NCBI RefSeq assembly: GCF_018977255.1
Contig: NW_024704742.1
Location: 56,980,001 to 57,044,000 of the forward strand
Reading direction: 5' to 3'
Length of the DNA stretch: 64,000 nucleotides
Origin: Callorhinchus milii
Taxonomy: Eukaryota
Part shown: piece after piece, positions 13,296-25,562 of the stretch
Layout: each line of letters opens with the position of its first letter
How positions within the stretch are numbered: the stretch's first letter is position 1
Made by a program: the position numbers and the translations under genes
Notes under the pieces: generated by a model
Told to the model about the DNA's origin: nothing
The model's input: the letters and a program-made list of their open reading frames with translations, nothing else
Databases searched by the model: none

Positions 13296-15037
13296 GCAAT
13301 TCAATGAACATATGAACAGTTTTCAAGCGTTAATGGACCATTGGACCTTATTCCCAATCTCCAGGTTGACACTGTCCACAACTTTTACAGGACTTTAAGT
13401 CTGCAAAATGTTTATGTCTCTGATTTATTTTAGTTATATATGAAGTGTAAATAAACGTGCACAAGTCGCAACAGTCGGGACCATAACATTTAATACAATG
13501 CACGTCAAATAAGAGTTATGCATTAAGTTTACCTCGTAGAATTGGAGAATCCGGTACCTTTCCTGTTAGGTCTTTGTGACTATCTTGCATTTATTGTTTG
13601 GGGGCATGATGACGGGTAACAAGTGAACGATTCATTGACTGCATTGACTACACAATGCTCCTGTGATGCATCTCACGTGACCAGAGGTGCAAGTTAAAAC
13701 ATGACAAACTCAAAGAAATGCACCACCACATACGAAGGGGACTGACAACACAATAGGAAAAAACACTTAATTCAATTGATAATTTGATCCCTGACAGGGA
13801 AGTCAAAAATATTAAATAGAAAAATAAATCCTGGCATATGATCAGCACTTTTAAAATAAGAGTATTGTCATTTTATCAGAAAAATATTCTGCGCTCACGA
13901 TAAAGTAGTATCTCTAGACATGACCTCATTTACTGAGCTGTAGTGTTTCAAACATAGAAGTGTTTCATCAACGCAGCCAGTAGATGAGCTTGTGGTGATA
14001 GGAGATAATTTTCATTAGGATTTACATTACTTGGGATCAAAAAATCATTATGACTTAGTCATGTATCCGATTTGTAAAATTCAACTAGTGCAAAGAATTC
14101 AAAGTAATTTTTAGTAGAAAACTGAATGGGGCTTAGGTGCATGTACAACTTAGGCAAGTGCACTATTTATAATGAGATGATTTATACAAGTTCATTTATG
14201 TTGGTGTGTGACTTTGCTGTGTGCAAAATAACTGCTGTGTTTGCCTTCAACATTCACAGACACTTCACTTAATAGCAATTACTTGTGAAACCTTTGGGTC
14301 CATTTCTTGCTGAAAAATTATATATTAGTGATAAATATAATTCTTAATAGATTCCACCAATACATCTTTATTTCGACTTCCTTTCTGAAACCTTCTTATA
14401 GTTCCTTCTTCCACCACCTGTGCTGGTAGTTCGTTTCATGTGCCAAGAAATTATTTTAGTAAGAAATAATGTTATTTCAAAATTATTTTACAAAAATAAT
14501 TTCCTGTACATAACAACCAAATTACATTTGTGTAGCACCTTTCACGTCGGGAGGATGTCCCAAGGCACTTTCTATTCACTCTTGTTGTCCTTATTTTAAT
14601 GCTCCTCATTTGAGTTTTCCACAAAATAGAAAACCTTACCTGCATCCAAATTCTCTAAAGCCATTAATTTTAAACATGGGCTCTCAAGAAACTTCCTTTT
14701 CTTTTCAAGTAGTACCATGAGATCTTTAACATACATTTGAGCAAGCAGACGGGATCTCACTTTTATGTCTTGTTCAAAAAGCAGCACCTAAAAACAATGC
14801 AATGTACCACTGGATTGGAGTGTCAGCCTAGACTATGTAGATTCAAGTCCCGACATGGGTTTTCAACCCACAACCTTCTGACTCAGAAGTCTATCACTTA
14901 TCCTCTGAAGCTCTTTTGACGCAACCATCCAAAGTGAAAGGTGCTACATGAAATGCAAGGAATACAAGGATTAGTGTATTCCAACTAAGCACTCAGTGCT
15001 TACAGAAGAATTTTTCAGGTCTTCCCATAACAGGCAG

Positions 15038-15351
15038 AATAATAATAATAATCCTTGCATTTGATATAGCGCTTTTCACGTCGGGAGGACGTCCCAAAGC
15101 GCTTCACAGAACACACTGTAAAGTGAATTGACTGTATATTTGTGGGCGAACGCGGCAGCCAATTGCGCACAGCAATGTCCCACAAACAGTCGTAGATTGA
15201 AAATGACCAATTTATTATTGTTTTGGGTTTTGGAGGGATTATTATTAGGCGTGTGGAGTAAGGAAACTTGCCCAAGGTTTCGCCCTGCCTGGAATTGAAC
15301 TCAGGTCTCTCACTTGCAAAGCGAGTGCTCTAACCACTGAGCTACAGTCCC
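15038..15351 (-). mobile_element. Full-length young tRNA-derived SINE with Deu-like core and L2-like tail
   Basis: Head GGGACTGTAGCTCAGTGGTTAGAGCACTCGCTTTGCAAG...GAGTTCAATTCC (A and B boxes); core CTGTTTGTGGGACATTGCTGTGCGCAATTGGCTGCCGCG; (TTA)n tail. Confidence 0.92.
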
Positions 15352-16219
15352 TTTAATAGCATTAAAGGGACTGAAAGATCAGAAGTTAAACTGCCACGGG
15401 GAGAACAAAAAATCCTCCATACATCAAGTAAAATACCAAGAGAGGCACAGAAAACTGCTGAGAGGCATCATCAACATGATGAGTGACATGATGTTATCAC
15501 CACAGGCACAGTAACTCCGACTAAAGAAAACTCAAAAGTGTTCCCAGAGCTGTAAAGGTTGATGGAAACTTTGGTGTATGGATCATAGTTTTAATGACTG
15601 AGAAAACTGACTGACTCTCTTTCCCTATTTTTTCTTCATGTTCCTTACTTCCCAAGTCTTGATCAATCTATTTCCATTTTAAACATCCCAATCAATATGC
15701 GTTCTACATTCGCATAAACCTCTGAGTAAACAAAATTTTACTTCTAATTGGTTTGGATCAAAATCTAATACCATGTCCCCTTGTTTAGATCCTATCTAGC
15801 TAGTAAATTCCCCTCACTGTTTTAAACACACCTTCATCCTCCTCAGATCTTGGAAAACATTATCCAACCTCAATTGAACTAAACCTTTTCATCTCAGGTA
15901 TTATTGCTGAAGAGTTGATAATTACCGAGCATCTAAATGTTTCAGATATAAGTTCAGATGGTGTGTTCAGGAGCCTAACTGACACATCACAGATAAGTTC
16001 TTGTTCAGCCTTCATCTGCAGTCCTTACACACCATATCACCTTGCCACTGCCACTGTCTGGACAGATGAGGTCTGCTAACTCAGCATAATCCTAAATGCT
16101 ACAAACCAGAACCAATTGGCAATAATAATTTCACTCATTTGAGTAGAACTCGCTTAAGGTCTGAAGGAAAGTCCCTTTCAACTTCTCAAATTATGATACC
16201 TTGACTTTGTCTCTTTTAC

Positions 16220-16410
16220 CTTTTGGTTCGAAGGTGCATCTGTTTCATCGCAGACACCATCCTCTTGCTGGCCATACACTGGACCCCCCAGAGATTTTAT
16301 TCGCTTCTCACACTGTTTCTTGGCAACTGTGAGCTGGTTGATGTATCTCTTCATATTACGAGCACGCAGGAGATCTGCTTTCATAGCAGCAGCTTCTTTT
16401 CCTTTGCTAT
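16220..16410 (-). CDS. SNX25: SNX25 exon (191 nt)
   Basis: aatacag|AT AGC AAA GGA...CAA AAG|gtaaaa; DSKGKEAAAMKADLLRARNMKRYINQLTVAKKQCEKRIKSLGGPVYGQQEDGVCDETDAPSNQK. The 5' boundary could alternatively be 16401. Confidence 0.92.
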
Positions 16411-19396
16411 CTGTATTGGGCATTAAAGCAACAAACTTAATCATTGGGGAAAGTCCATAGATTCTGCACATCATACGAACCAGATTTCTAAATCAATTTA
16501 CACCAAATGTCAGCCTAAAACAACAACAAATTGCATTTACACAGTACTTTTCATGTCAAGAGGTCGTCCCACAGTGAGCAGTAAGTTAGCATAGTCAAGC
16601 CTGGAAGTGATGAAAGCATGGATAAGGGTCTTGATGGCCCAAGGCGAGAGTTAGTAGCAGAGGCAGGCAATATTGCAGAGGTGGAGGAAGGCTGAACGTG
16701 TCAAGGCACAGATGTGGCACAGATGCCTTGGTAGCACTTTCGCTTCTGAGTCATAAGGTTGCTGGAACACGATTTGGAGTCTTATAGGTTAGAGGCTACA
16801 CAATTCCAATGCTGTACTGGGGGAGTGCTGCATTGCTGGAGGTGCTCACCTCACTTAAGATTTTACATTGAGATATTTACTGCCTGCTCAGGTGGACATT
16901 GAAGATCTCATGACAATATTTGAAAAGAAAAGAGCATTTCTCCCAGTGTCCTAGCCAACAATTCTCCAAATAAAATTGGACATTTACTTCATGGCTATTT
17001 GTGGGACATTAGCTAGCTTGCATGAATTGGCTACTGCATTTGTCCGTAAGACTTCTTGACAACAATTACCAATATACATCCAATGTATATTGACAACAGT
17101 ATACAGTTGACAACAATATACACCCATGCAAGGATTATTAATTAAATGGGAGATTGGTCTGGTCTCCAAACTGCTGGGGCGTAAGAATAGTAATATTAGA
17201 AACTCAACCTGGGACAAGATTTATACTTCACATAACAGAGCATTTAATGAGTCGCAAATTATTAAATTTAGTTTTAACTTGAAGTCAATTTCTGCAGCTT
17301 GTTTTAAAAATTTACAGAAAACTGGGAATAAAAACTTGGATTATGATGCACCTTTATAATAATAACAATCCTTACATCCATATATCACCTTACCACATCA
17401 TTGAAATGTCTAGAAGCGCTTCAAAGGATTTACTGCAAAGTGTATTTGTAAGCGATCTTATAGGCTTCATCATGTGAAAGCATCTTATCGAGCTTCACTT
17501 GTAATTACTATCAAGTATAGGAAAACGTGGCAGACATTTGCACCAGTAGAAACTCCTATGAGATGATCACAAATTAATCTGAAGGCCTGCTGGCCAGGAC
17601 AAGGGGGAAACTCCCTCCTGTTTCTGATAAGTGCCATAACAGTTTGTTATGCAACCTCTGCACCTGCAGTTACCGGAATAAACTATAGTGCAAGTCCTCA
17701 GGGACCATGTCAGTGTACAATGTGGGTAATAGATCACAGCCAACACAGATCAAAATACAGGGGTAGAGATGAGGAAGTTACTTACTAATGCAAGTTTCTG
17801 TGTTTTTTTAAAACAATATTTGAATACCAGGGAGTGACTTCCAATAGTATGATTTGTACACTTCAAGCTTTGATGCTATTTGTGGCTATTCAGATTTCAG
17901 CCTGTGAGAAATGGAGATGTCTTGGTGAGGGCGAGCATGTCAATGTTTCCATCATCAATAAGGTTGTGTACAGTGAGGGCTTTGTTAGAGAGGGAGCGGA
18001 CGTTTTTGTATGGTGGTACGGAGGGGGCAGGTGGCAGAGGAATATGCGAGATGAGAGGGGGAGGATTGACCGGGAGGGTGGGAATGTCGTTGAGGGAGGA
18101 GGTTCAAACTGTGGGAGAAAAGAGAAGGGCTGCAACCAAAGAGCTTCACCCAGCAAACAAGGCCACCACATTTGGTCGCTCCTTACTTTTTAATCGTCCC
18201 CATGTTTAACAGACGTTCCTCATTCCATAGAAATAGTGACCTGCTTATGCAGAAGTAATGTACTTGTGGTTTCACAAGTTACCTTACAAGGCATATTTTT
18301 AAATGTTTCCTCATTTACTCTGCTGAATTACTTGGGATCTTAAATGGTTCATCATCAACTAACAGGATGTGTGTGCTTTGGTTGCTGGAGAGACATGTGA
18401 AAAGGTTTCACTTCCCCTCAGTGAGAAACCAATTCAAGACTCAAATTGTGACTCCGACCTGCAGCTGTCAATACATTGACCAAAGCATCTGTGTGCGATG
18501 GGCTAGGTTTGATAGAGGTCAACAGAACCATAAAGCTCAGGGCTTTGATCACAAGACAATGAGACTTCTGAGGCGCCAAATTCCAACCAGCCTTAGCCTG
18601 TAAGATCATTTTGTAGTACAATTTAAGATAGTGCAAAAATGTTTTGTTAAAAAGCAAATCCTTAAATTCTGCTTTAAATTAGAACAAATGGATCTTTTTT
18701 TAAAAAAGACTGCAAAAAAGAACTTTCAAATTAATAGTAAATTGAAGCATTTTCCAGAATTCTGTGCAATCTTAAATTTGAAGAAAAATTATCTTAAGAC
18801 CAGGAGAAATTGTAAACCTCAGAACTCATCTTGAACTTCAAAGGTGGAGCAAGCTGCTTTGTTCTGACATTTGAAGGAACAAAATGTTCTGACATTCTGA
18901 CATTCAGGAATGTTCTGATATTCCAAGGAACATGGAAAAGAAGTGCTCCATTTCTGGGGGGGGGGGGGGGGGGGGGGGCAGGGAGGTGTGCCTCTGCAAG
19001 TGTCAGATCAAAAAATATCTCACCTGCTAACTTTACGTCTTCAACTTTGCACCTTTACATTTTACGCCAGCAATAATGTTATTGTTATAATGAATCTCAT
19101 ATTTTACCCCTATGATTTACTAAATATTGTGTGTATATTGCACAGCAAGTTCCCAATCCTGGCCTGGCCAGCAGGGGGAGGCATCCAGCAGAGGTTTTCA
19201 CATTTTGAAGAGGGAAACAATAGCTTTCTTAATGTTGTGTGTAGTGGAGGGGAGCTCAAGGGAGTCAGGGGGTGGGAAGGAAGGCATGATTTAGGGTAAG
19301 GGTGAAGAGAGTTGGTGATGATGCAACAACTAATGGTAATGCCCCACACTGCCAGTAGAAAGCTTAACTCAAGACTTAATCCTTGGCTCCAGCCAT

Positions 19397-19740
19397 AATA
19401 ATAATAATCCTTGCATTTGATATTGTGCCTTATCACATCTGCAAGACGTCTCAAACCGCTTGTAAATGTACTGTCAAGTGAATTAACTATATTTTGTGGG
19501 CGAAATGCAGCAACCAACTGCGCACAGCAGTGTCCCACAAACAGTCATGGACTGAAGTGACCAATTCATTATTTTTTGAAGGAATTATTACCCCCGGAAA
19601 AGCAATCCGCCAATCGACTAACAACCGGGTTCCATTTACTCCTACTTACTGCTAGGTGAACAGAGGCGCGTGGAGTAACGAAACTTGCCCAACATTTGAC
19701 CCTGCCAGGAATCAAACTCAGGTCTCCCACTTGCGAGGCC
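19397..19740 (-). mobile_element. Young tRNA/Deu SINE
   Basis: Same family. Further partial copies at ~7950-8180, ~11278-11510, ~24245-24360 and ~28070-28240. Confidence 0.88.
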
Positions 19741-22700
19741 AACAAGGCTAACAAACACTGTACAACCCACTAGCTAAATGCAGGACAGTGAATTACTGTC
19801 ATAAATTATTTTTTCTGAATTTTAGTATTTAAATATAAATTCTTATTTCAATGTATCTTCTGCATAATTTAGATCTGAGAATAGAGTTGAGACAAGATTA
19901 TGTGCTGTATCCAACTAACTGTTACAAGTTGATGGTCAGAGAGATTTTAACTTGAAGATGTTTAAGAAATGCTGATAGAGTGGTGTTCTAGCTTAGCAAG
20001 GCCAACAAGATTTTTTCAATGTGTCGAACAACAAGTCACCTTTACACAATATAAAAATGTTCATCACTTTGTAAAGTTTGTTATTATTTGTCTGCCTCTT
20101 CCTCCCCCCCCCTCCCCAGACCTCACTCCATTTAGATATTTTTTCCATTCTCCTCTCTTCAGGCTTCAGGATATGGTCAGGACATTGATAAGGAATTATA
20201 TATTATGAGGAAATTGAAAAAATGCTTTAAAATAGATAACATTAAAATATAGGCTTAACGACCAGGGAAATGGGGCGAGGGAAGATAACTTTATCAGTCT
20301 GGCTCAGTTGGTAGTACTCATGCCTTTGAGTCAGTTGGGTATGGTTCAACCCCCAAGTTAGGACTTTAAGCTGATATCCATGGAACTATTCAAAAAGAAA
20401 AGTGAGTTTCTCCCTGTGTTTGGTTAACAATCCCCAAATAAAATTAGTCATTAGCTTTGCAGGCATTTGTGGGACATTGCTGTGCACAATTGGCTACTAC
20501 ATTCGACCACAAAAATACAGAGTCACTACACTTTACAGTGTATATCCTTGAAGCGCTTTGGAATGTCTTCCCAACATGAAAGGCGCTAAATCAAATGCAA
20601 GGGTTAATTATTATTATAGCTCCAATGGGGGAAGTTGACACTAGAACATATGTGATGGCTAAATGGCCTCCTCCAGTCATGTAACAATCTATAGGCTAAT
20701 CCTGATATAGTAGATTCATTTTACAGCATATCCAATGAAACTCTTTGAGACATGATGCAATTACGAAAGGTGCTATAACAAATCCCTGGATTATTTATGC
20801 ATTTATGTAAAGCAATCAATTAGAAACCTGTAAAACACAGATCTAAGAATATTTTAAGATTTAATTCTAAGCATTGCAACACTTCTTTTACATGCTGTTT
20901 ACTAGTTTTTTTTAAGAAGTGATGAATGAGCAGATGAATAAGTATTGTACCACTAAATAGCATAAATGTCTTCCTTCTGGTTCTGTGCTACCAACAAAGT
21001 TACTTCCACTGAATGAAAATTACAGCTCACCTCACCATCAAGATTCCCAATTCAGAATCAGACGATCTAGTTCAGACATCAGGCCATAAGAATGATGATG
21101 GCTTGCATAGGACATGGAGATCCTGATGCAGTAGGGGCGTTTATGTTTATTTTGTTTGGTCAGATTGGGTGTCCAACACAGGCAGATGCCCATCACCATT
21201 CTTGTAGCCAAACCAGATGAGTTCCACATTCGTATGCCACTAAGATCTGGAAATTTTCTATTCGCTTGGAACACAGTGCACACTCTTCTCCTTTGCTCAA
21301 AAATCATACTACTACCACAAATTGAACCATTTATAATATTTCATTGCCAGGCACGACACCTTGGAGCCAGCTCTGCCCTAAGGATACTCCATTTATCTCT
21401 TTCAGAGGATAGTCACTTACTGGTGATTGGACATCCAGGTTTGAATCATCACTAAGTAGATACCAGGAACTTCTTGCAAGCTCTGAACTGCAGGAAAGCA
21501 TTGTTACCACCCTGAGACACACTTCCTTACCCATCGAGCAAAGGCTACAACAGATGGAAGTGCAAAGTTAGAAGCAGCAGTTTCTGCATTCCAATCAAGG
21601 TGGATACCAAGCTCTGGATATATGAACAGGTCCTCACAAACCCAGACTCCAACTAACATCTTCTGGAAGCTGTTGTTTGAAGCCTCAGAGTTTCCTCATC
21701 AGCCTTGTGTGCACATTAAAAATAGTACATTTCCCAGCCAAAACATCCTTCACCTTTATAAACAAAGCGACATAAACACACAAACACATGCATGAATAAA
21801 CAAACATACCCACCAACACAACCAAACAGAGCACCCAGACTCACACACACACACAAACATCTGCAGACATTAACCCACATACACAAGCACACATTTTTTC
21901 CACTTCAGTTAAAACGCCCTGGATGGTAGCAATAAAGGTGATGCTGCCTTGAGTGATCTGATTTGATGGGCAGCTCTTTGAGCAATAACGTGCACTCCAA
22001 AGTCAATATCCTGTGAAGGAATATTTAAGCAGCGGCTGTGTTTGGAAGTTTTCTGACAGCTGCTCTCAAACCATTGCCACAGCTGTGTGAGCAGCAGGGT
22101 GGAATCACACTGCAGCAAGTGCTGCATCAGTCAAGCAGCCAAACTCCTCTGCCAAACCCCGACCCCTTTACTCACCATTTAACAGCAAATCAGCAACCTT
22201 AACTGTACATATTTGAACAGTCTGTACACCCCACCTCCCCTCCCGCACCCCCCCCCCCCCACACACACCCATTTCTCAATAAGCAATCTGACATTCCTCA
22301 TGGTCCTGTCCAGAGTTCTTAACATTTACGTTTGCGCAGAATTTTACAAAAGTTCTTAAGTTTCACCTTAATTTGAAACTGTTTTTCCCACAGTTCCCTC
22401 CACATTCTGTTATCTTTTATCCGAATTGAAGTATGGATCTTAAGCACTGCTGCTTAAGCACTGCAAGAAAAAACCCGGCTTCCAAATAAGGAGGATTTTT
22501 AATTTTTTTTTAAAGAATCTTGAACTTTGAGGTAATGGTGTTAAGGCTGAGTGCAAGAAGAATTTGGGGAACGGTAGTTAAGGAACAGGGATAGGTCAAG
22601 GGAAGGTTTTTTGAGGACGGGTACAATTAAAGCAGTTTTGAATAGGGTGGGATGGTGCTAGTGGACAGAAAGGTTGATGGTATCCTTTAGTAAGCAGGCA

Positions 22701-22994
22701 AGGAGGTGTAGCTGGGAGTCAGAAGAGGGAGAGAGCCAGGGCCAGGGTCAAGGGAGCAAGTGGTGGACTTCATTCGGAAGAGGGAAGAGGCGATGAAAGA
22801 GGGAGAGGGGTTGAAGATGTAGAGATAGGGTGAGGTTGGAGGGAGAGATTGTCCCAAGGCACTGGACAGTGCAGGATTTGTACCACCTCATAAACAAACC
22901 AGTAGCATAAAGAAGCACACTGTAATAAGACTGCACTCTTGTAAGGGCCAAAATGCATCTTGTCTCTGTTCAAAATGCCTAATGAACACAATCA

Positions 22995-23415
22995 ACAACA
23001 ACTTGCACTTATATAGCGCCTTCCACCCAGGGTAGCATCTCAGAGCGCTTAACAATGGCAGAGCATGAGCCCGAGCCAGGGTGGGGGAAGGGAGGTGGCC
23101 ATAAGCACGGTCGAAAAGGAAGGTTTTCAGACCAGACTTGAAAAGGGGGAGAGAGGAGGCAAGGCAGAGGGATTGAAGGAGAGTGTTCCAGAGTTTCAGA
23201 GCGTAATGGCTGAAAGTTGACTCCAATGGTGGAGTGGAGGGTGCGAGGGACGAGCAGGAGGCCAGTGCCAGTCGAGTGGAGGCGCTGGGTGGTGGATTGG
23301 GGAGTGAGGAGATTGGAGAGGTAGGGAGATGCCAGAGAGTGAATGGATTTGAACACTATTGTGAGGATCTTGAAGTCGATCCGTTTGGTGATGGGGAGCC
23401 AGTGGAGCCTGGCCA
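22995..23415 (-). mobile_element. L2 3' end fragment
   Basis: LARLHWLPITKRIDFKILTIVFKSIHSLASPYLSNLL; tail present. Confidence 0.9.
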
Positions 23416-25097
23416 GAAATCGATAACTAAATGAAGTGGGAGCCTTCTTATATAATAGGTTAACCACAATGCTATGTGCATTACACTCATAACTACTTTT
23501 TATGAGTGATGATTCAGACCAATGCCTATCTGAGTAAACAAATCTCATCATCACATCTTTCCAGTGTAGCATTTGTTAAATTTATCAGTGAAGGAAATAG
23601 GCTTGTCCAAAATACCTAATGGTGTAATAATCTACAGTTATGTCTTTATTAGTGTGATAATATTTCCATCTTAAAACATTAATGCCATTTGTAGTTACTT
23701 GCAATGCTGGCATTCAGTTTCACAGTTAATGACAGTACATGTGCCCGTTTTTAAGATGACTTAATTTCTTGGAAAAAAACAGTTGGGGAAATTCTGTGCA
23801 CATTCACAATAACTGTACAAAGATACTGTACTTCCAGTGTGAATGATTCAGTTAAATAAATGTCATGTAATGTCACAGTATATGGGTGTGAACAATTGCA
23901 ATCTTCCATGTGACAATGAAGTGATGAGGCTCCATATAAAGAACTGCCACTTCTCTTTGTATTTAAATCTGCCTTTCCTACAGATTTGTCTGAGGTTTGT
24001 TTTCAATCTTTCAAAATTCTTTTGTTTGGTATAATTCATTTTTTAACAGATTGTCCCCACCCCCTCCCACCACCATAAAAATATGATACACGTCAGTGAA
24101 TGGTGTTAAGCTCAGCAGGACCGCTGACTTGAAGTAGTTTGTGAGACTGACCGCTCGGGAGCTATAACAGCAACAACTCACATTTATATTTATGTGCCTT
24201 TCATGTAGGATAATGCCGTGGAGCACTTTACAAAGACAAGGGTCACTTCACAGAATATACCATAAAGTGAATTGACTGTATATTTTGTGGGAGAAATTAG
24301 GCAGCCAATTTCGCACAGCAGTCTTCCACAAACAGTCGTGGATTCAGTGACCAAATTATTATTCAGTTCTTGCTGTCAGGCTCAGTAACCCTATTAAAGC
24401 CACATCTTCATGACAGTACTAGTGAGCCCAAGGTAAAAAAAATATTAAAATATTTAAGTTGCAATGGACAGAACCAAAAGATTGGAATGTTACTCAATGT
24501 TGTTTGGAGCAGCTCGATTTTTATGAATAACGGCAGTGTTGACATTCCCTCCTATGCTTCTAGAAGTCACACCTCTGCTATAATTCACAGATTGCCTGGT
24601 CCCCATGGTGATGCATCATGTCTATGAGCTACCACAGTCGCAGCTCATAGGTTCTACAGATACTTAAATGCATTGTTTAGACAACTATACAAATGGATGA
24701 TTAGTTACATTTATTAGGGTGAAAATTCCAACCTGTGCTGTGTTAATCAGCACATCACTGAAACTTCCACCCAGTCAATAACACATTAAATGGGAAAAAC
24801 AGCTAGTGTGGCCTTTCCACTACTCCAGCACAATAGTTTTTTTTCTGAGTTAAGAAAGTGTAACATTAACATTGGGAGTCCAATGCCTCAATCCAGCTCA
24901 ATTTAAAAGCCGCTGACACGAGCACGTGAAGATACTACACACAAGGGAAATGGTGCTATATAAAAGTAAAATTGCCGGTGAATACTAAAAATTTACCAAT
25001 TAAAATTGGAAAAAGATAAGCCCAAGCATAGGGTGGCCACAAAGACACAGTGTAGAAATTATTCATGTGGCTATAGATAAATGGCACTTCATTTCTA

Positions 25098-25435
25098 CAC
25101 GGTGTTCACAAAGTCCCGTTACCCCGTTTTTGTTTCTTACAATGAATTTTCATTTTCTGTTTGCTAATGAGTCAAGTGTAACAATGTCTGATACCAGTAA
25201 CTTCCTCATCACTCCATCCATGTTACGGTAGATTTCACACCGAATATGGTGACAGATCATTATCTGGCATGAAAATGCTGGTGCTCACACCAATCCTCTA
25301 GATGTCTAAACGGTTGTACTGAATACAATTAAGTACTTCTAAATGCAATAATCATCATTCATCCACAAGTTTCTGTTGGGCAATGCACTGCATACAAATA
25401 AGCCATGGGGGTAACAGGACTTTGTGAATACCCTG
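25098..25435. mobile_element. Tc1/mariner-type MITE (338 bp)
   Basis: TIRs CACGGTGTTCACAAAGTCCCGTTACCCC and CAGGGTATTCACAAAGTCCTGTTACCCC (25/28 match), TA on both sides. Confidence 0.88.
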
Positions 25436-25491
25436 TACGGGTTGCTTATAGATTTACATAGAGAATAGGTGGAGCTCATTAGATCACTTAC

Positions 25492-25562
25492 CTTTTGACT
25501 TCTTCATCTGTGGCAAGCTGCTGATTGTAGTTGCCTGAATTATTTCAACGACAATTTGATAC
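25492..25562 (-). CDS. SNX25: SNX25 exon (71 nt)
   Basis: aaaacag|G TAT CAA...AAA G|gtaagt; YQIVVEIIQATTISSLPQMKKSK. Confidence 0.93.

Noticed and set aside
15280..15351. tRNA-Ala(TGC)-like gene
   Set aside because: It is a SINE head: it continues into the Deu core and tail, lacks a proper 3' acceptor stem, and occurs in multiple divergent copies
18956..18978. Poly-G run; also CA repeats at ~21780-21890 and ~28025-28046 and short tandem duplications at ~2818 and ~41645
   Set aside because: Ordinary simple repeats
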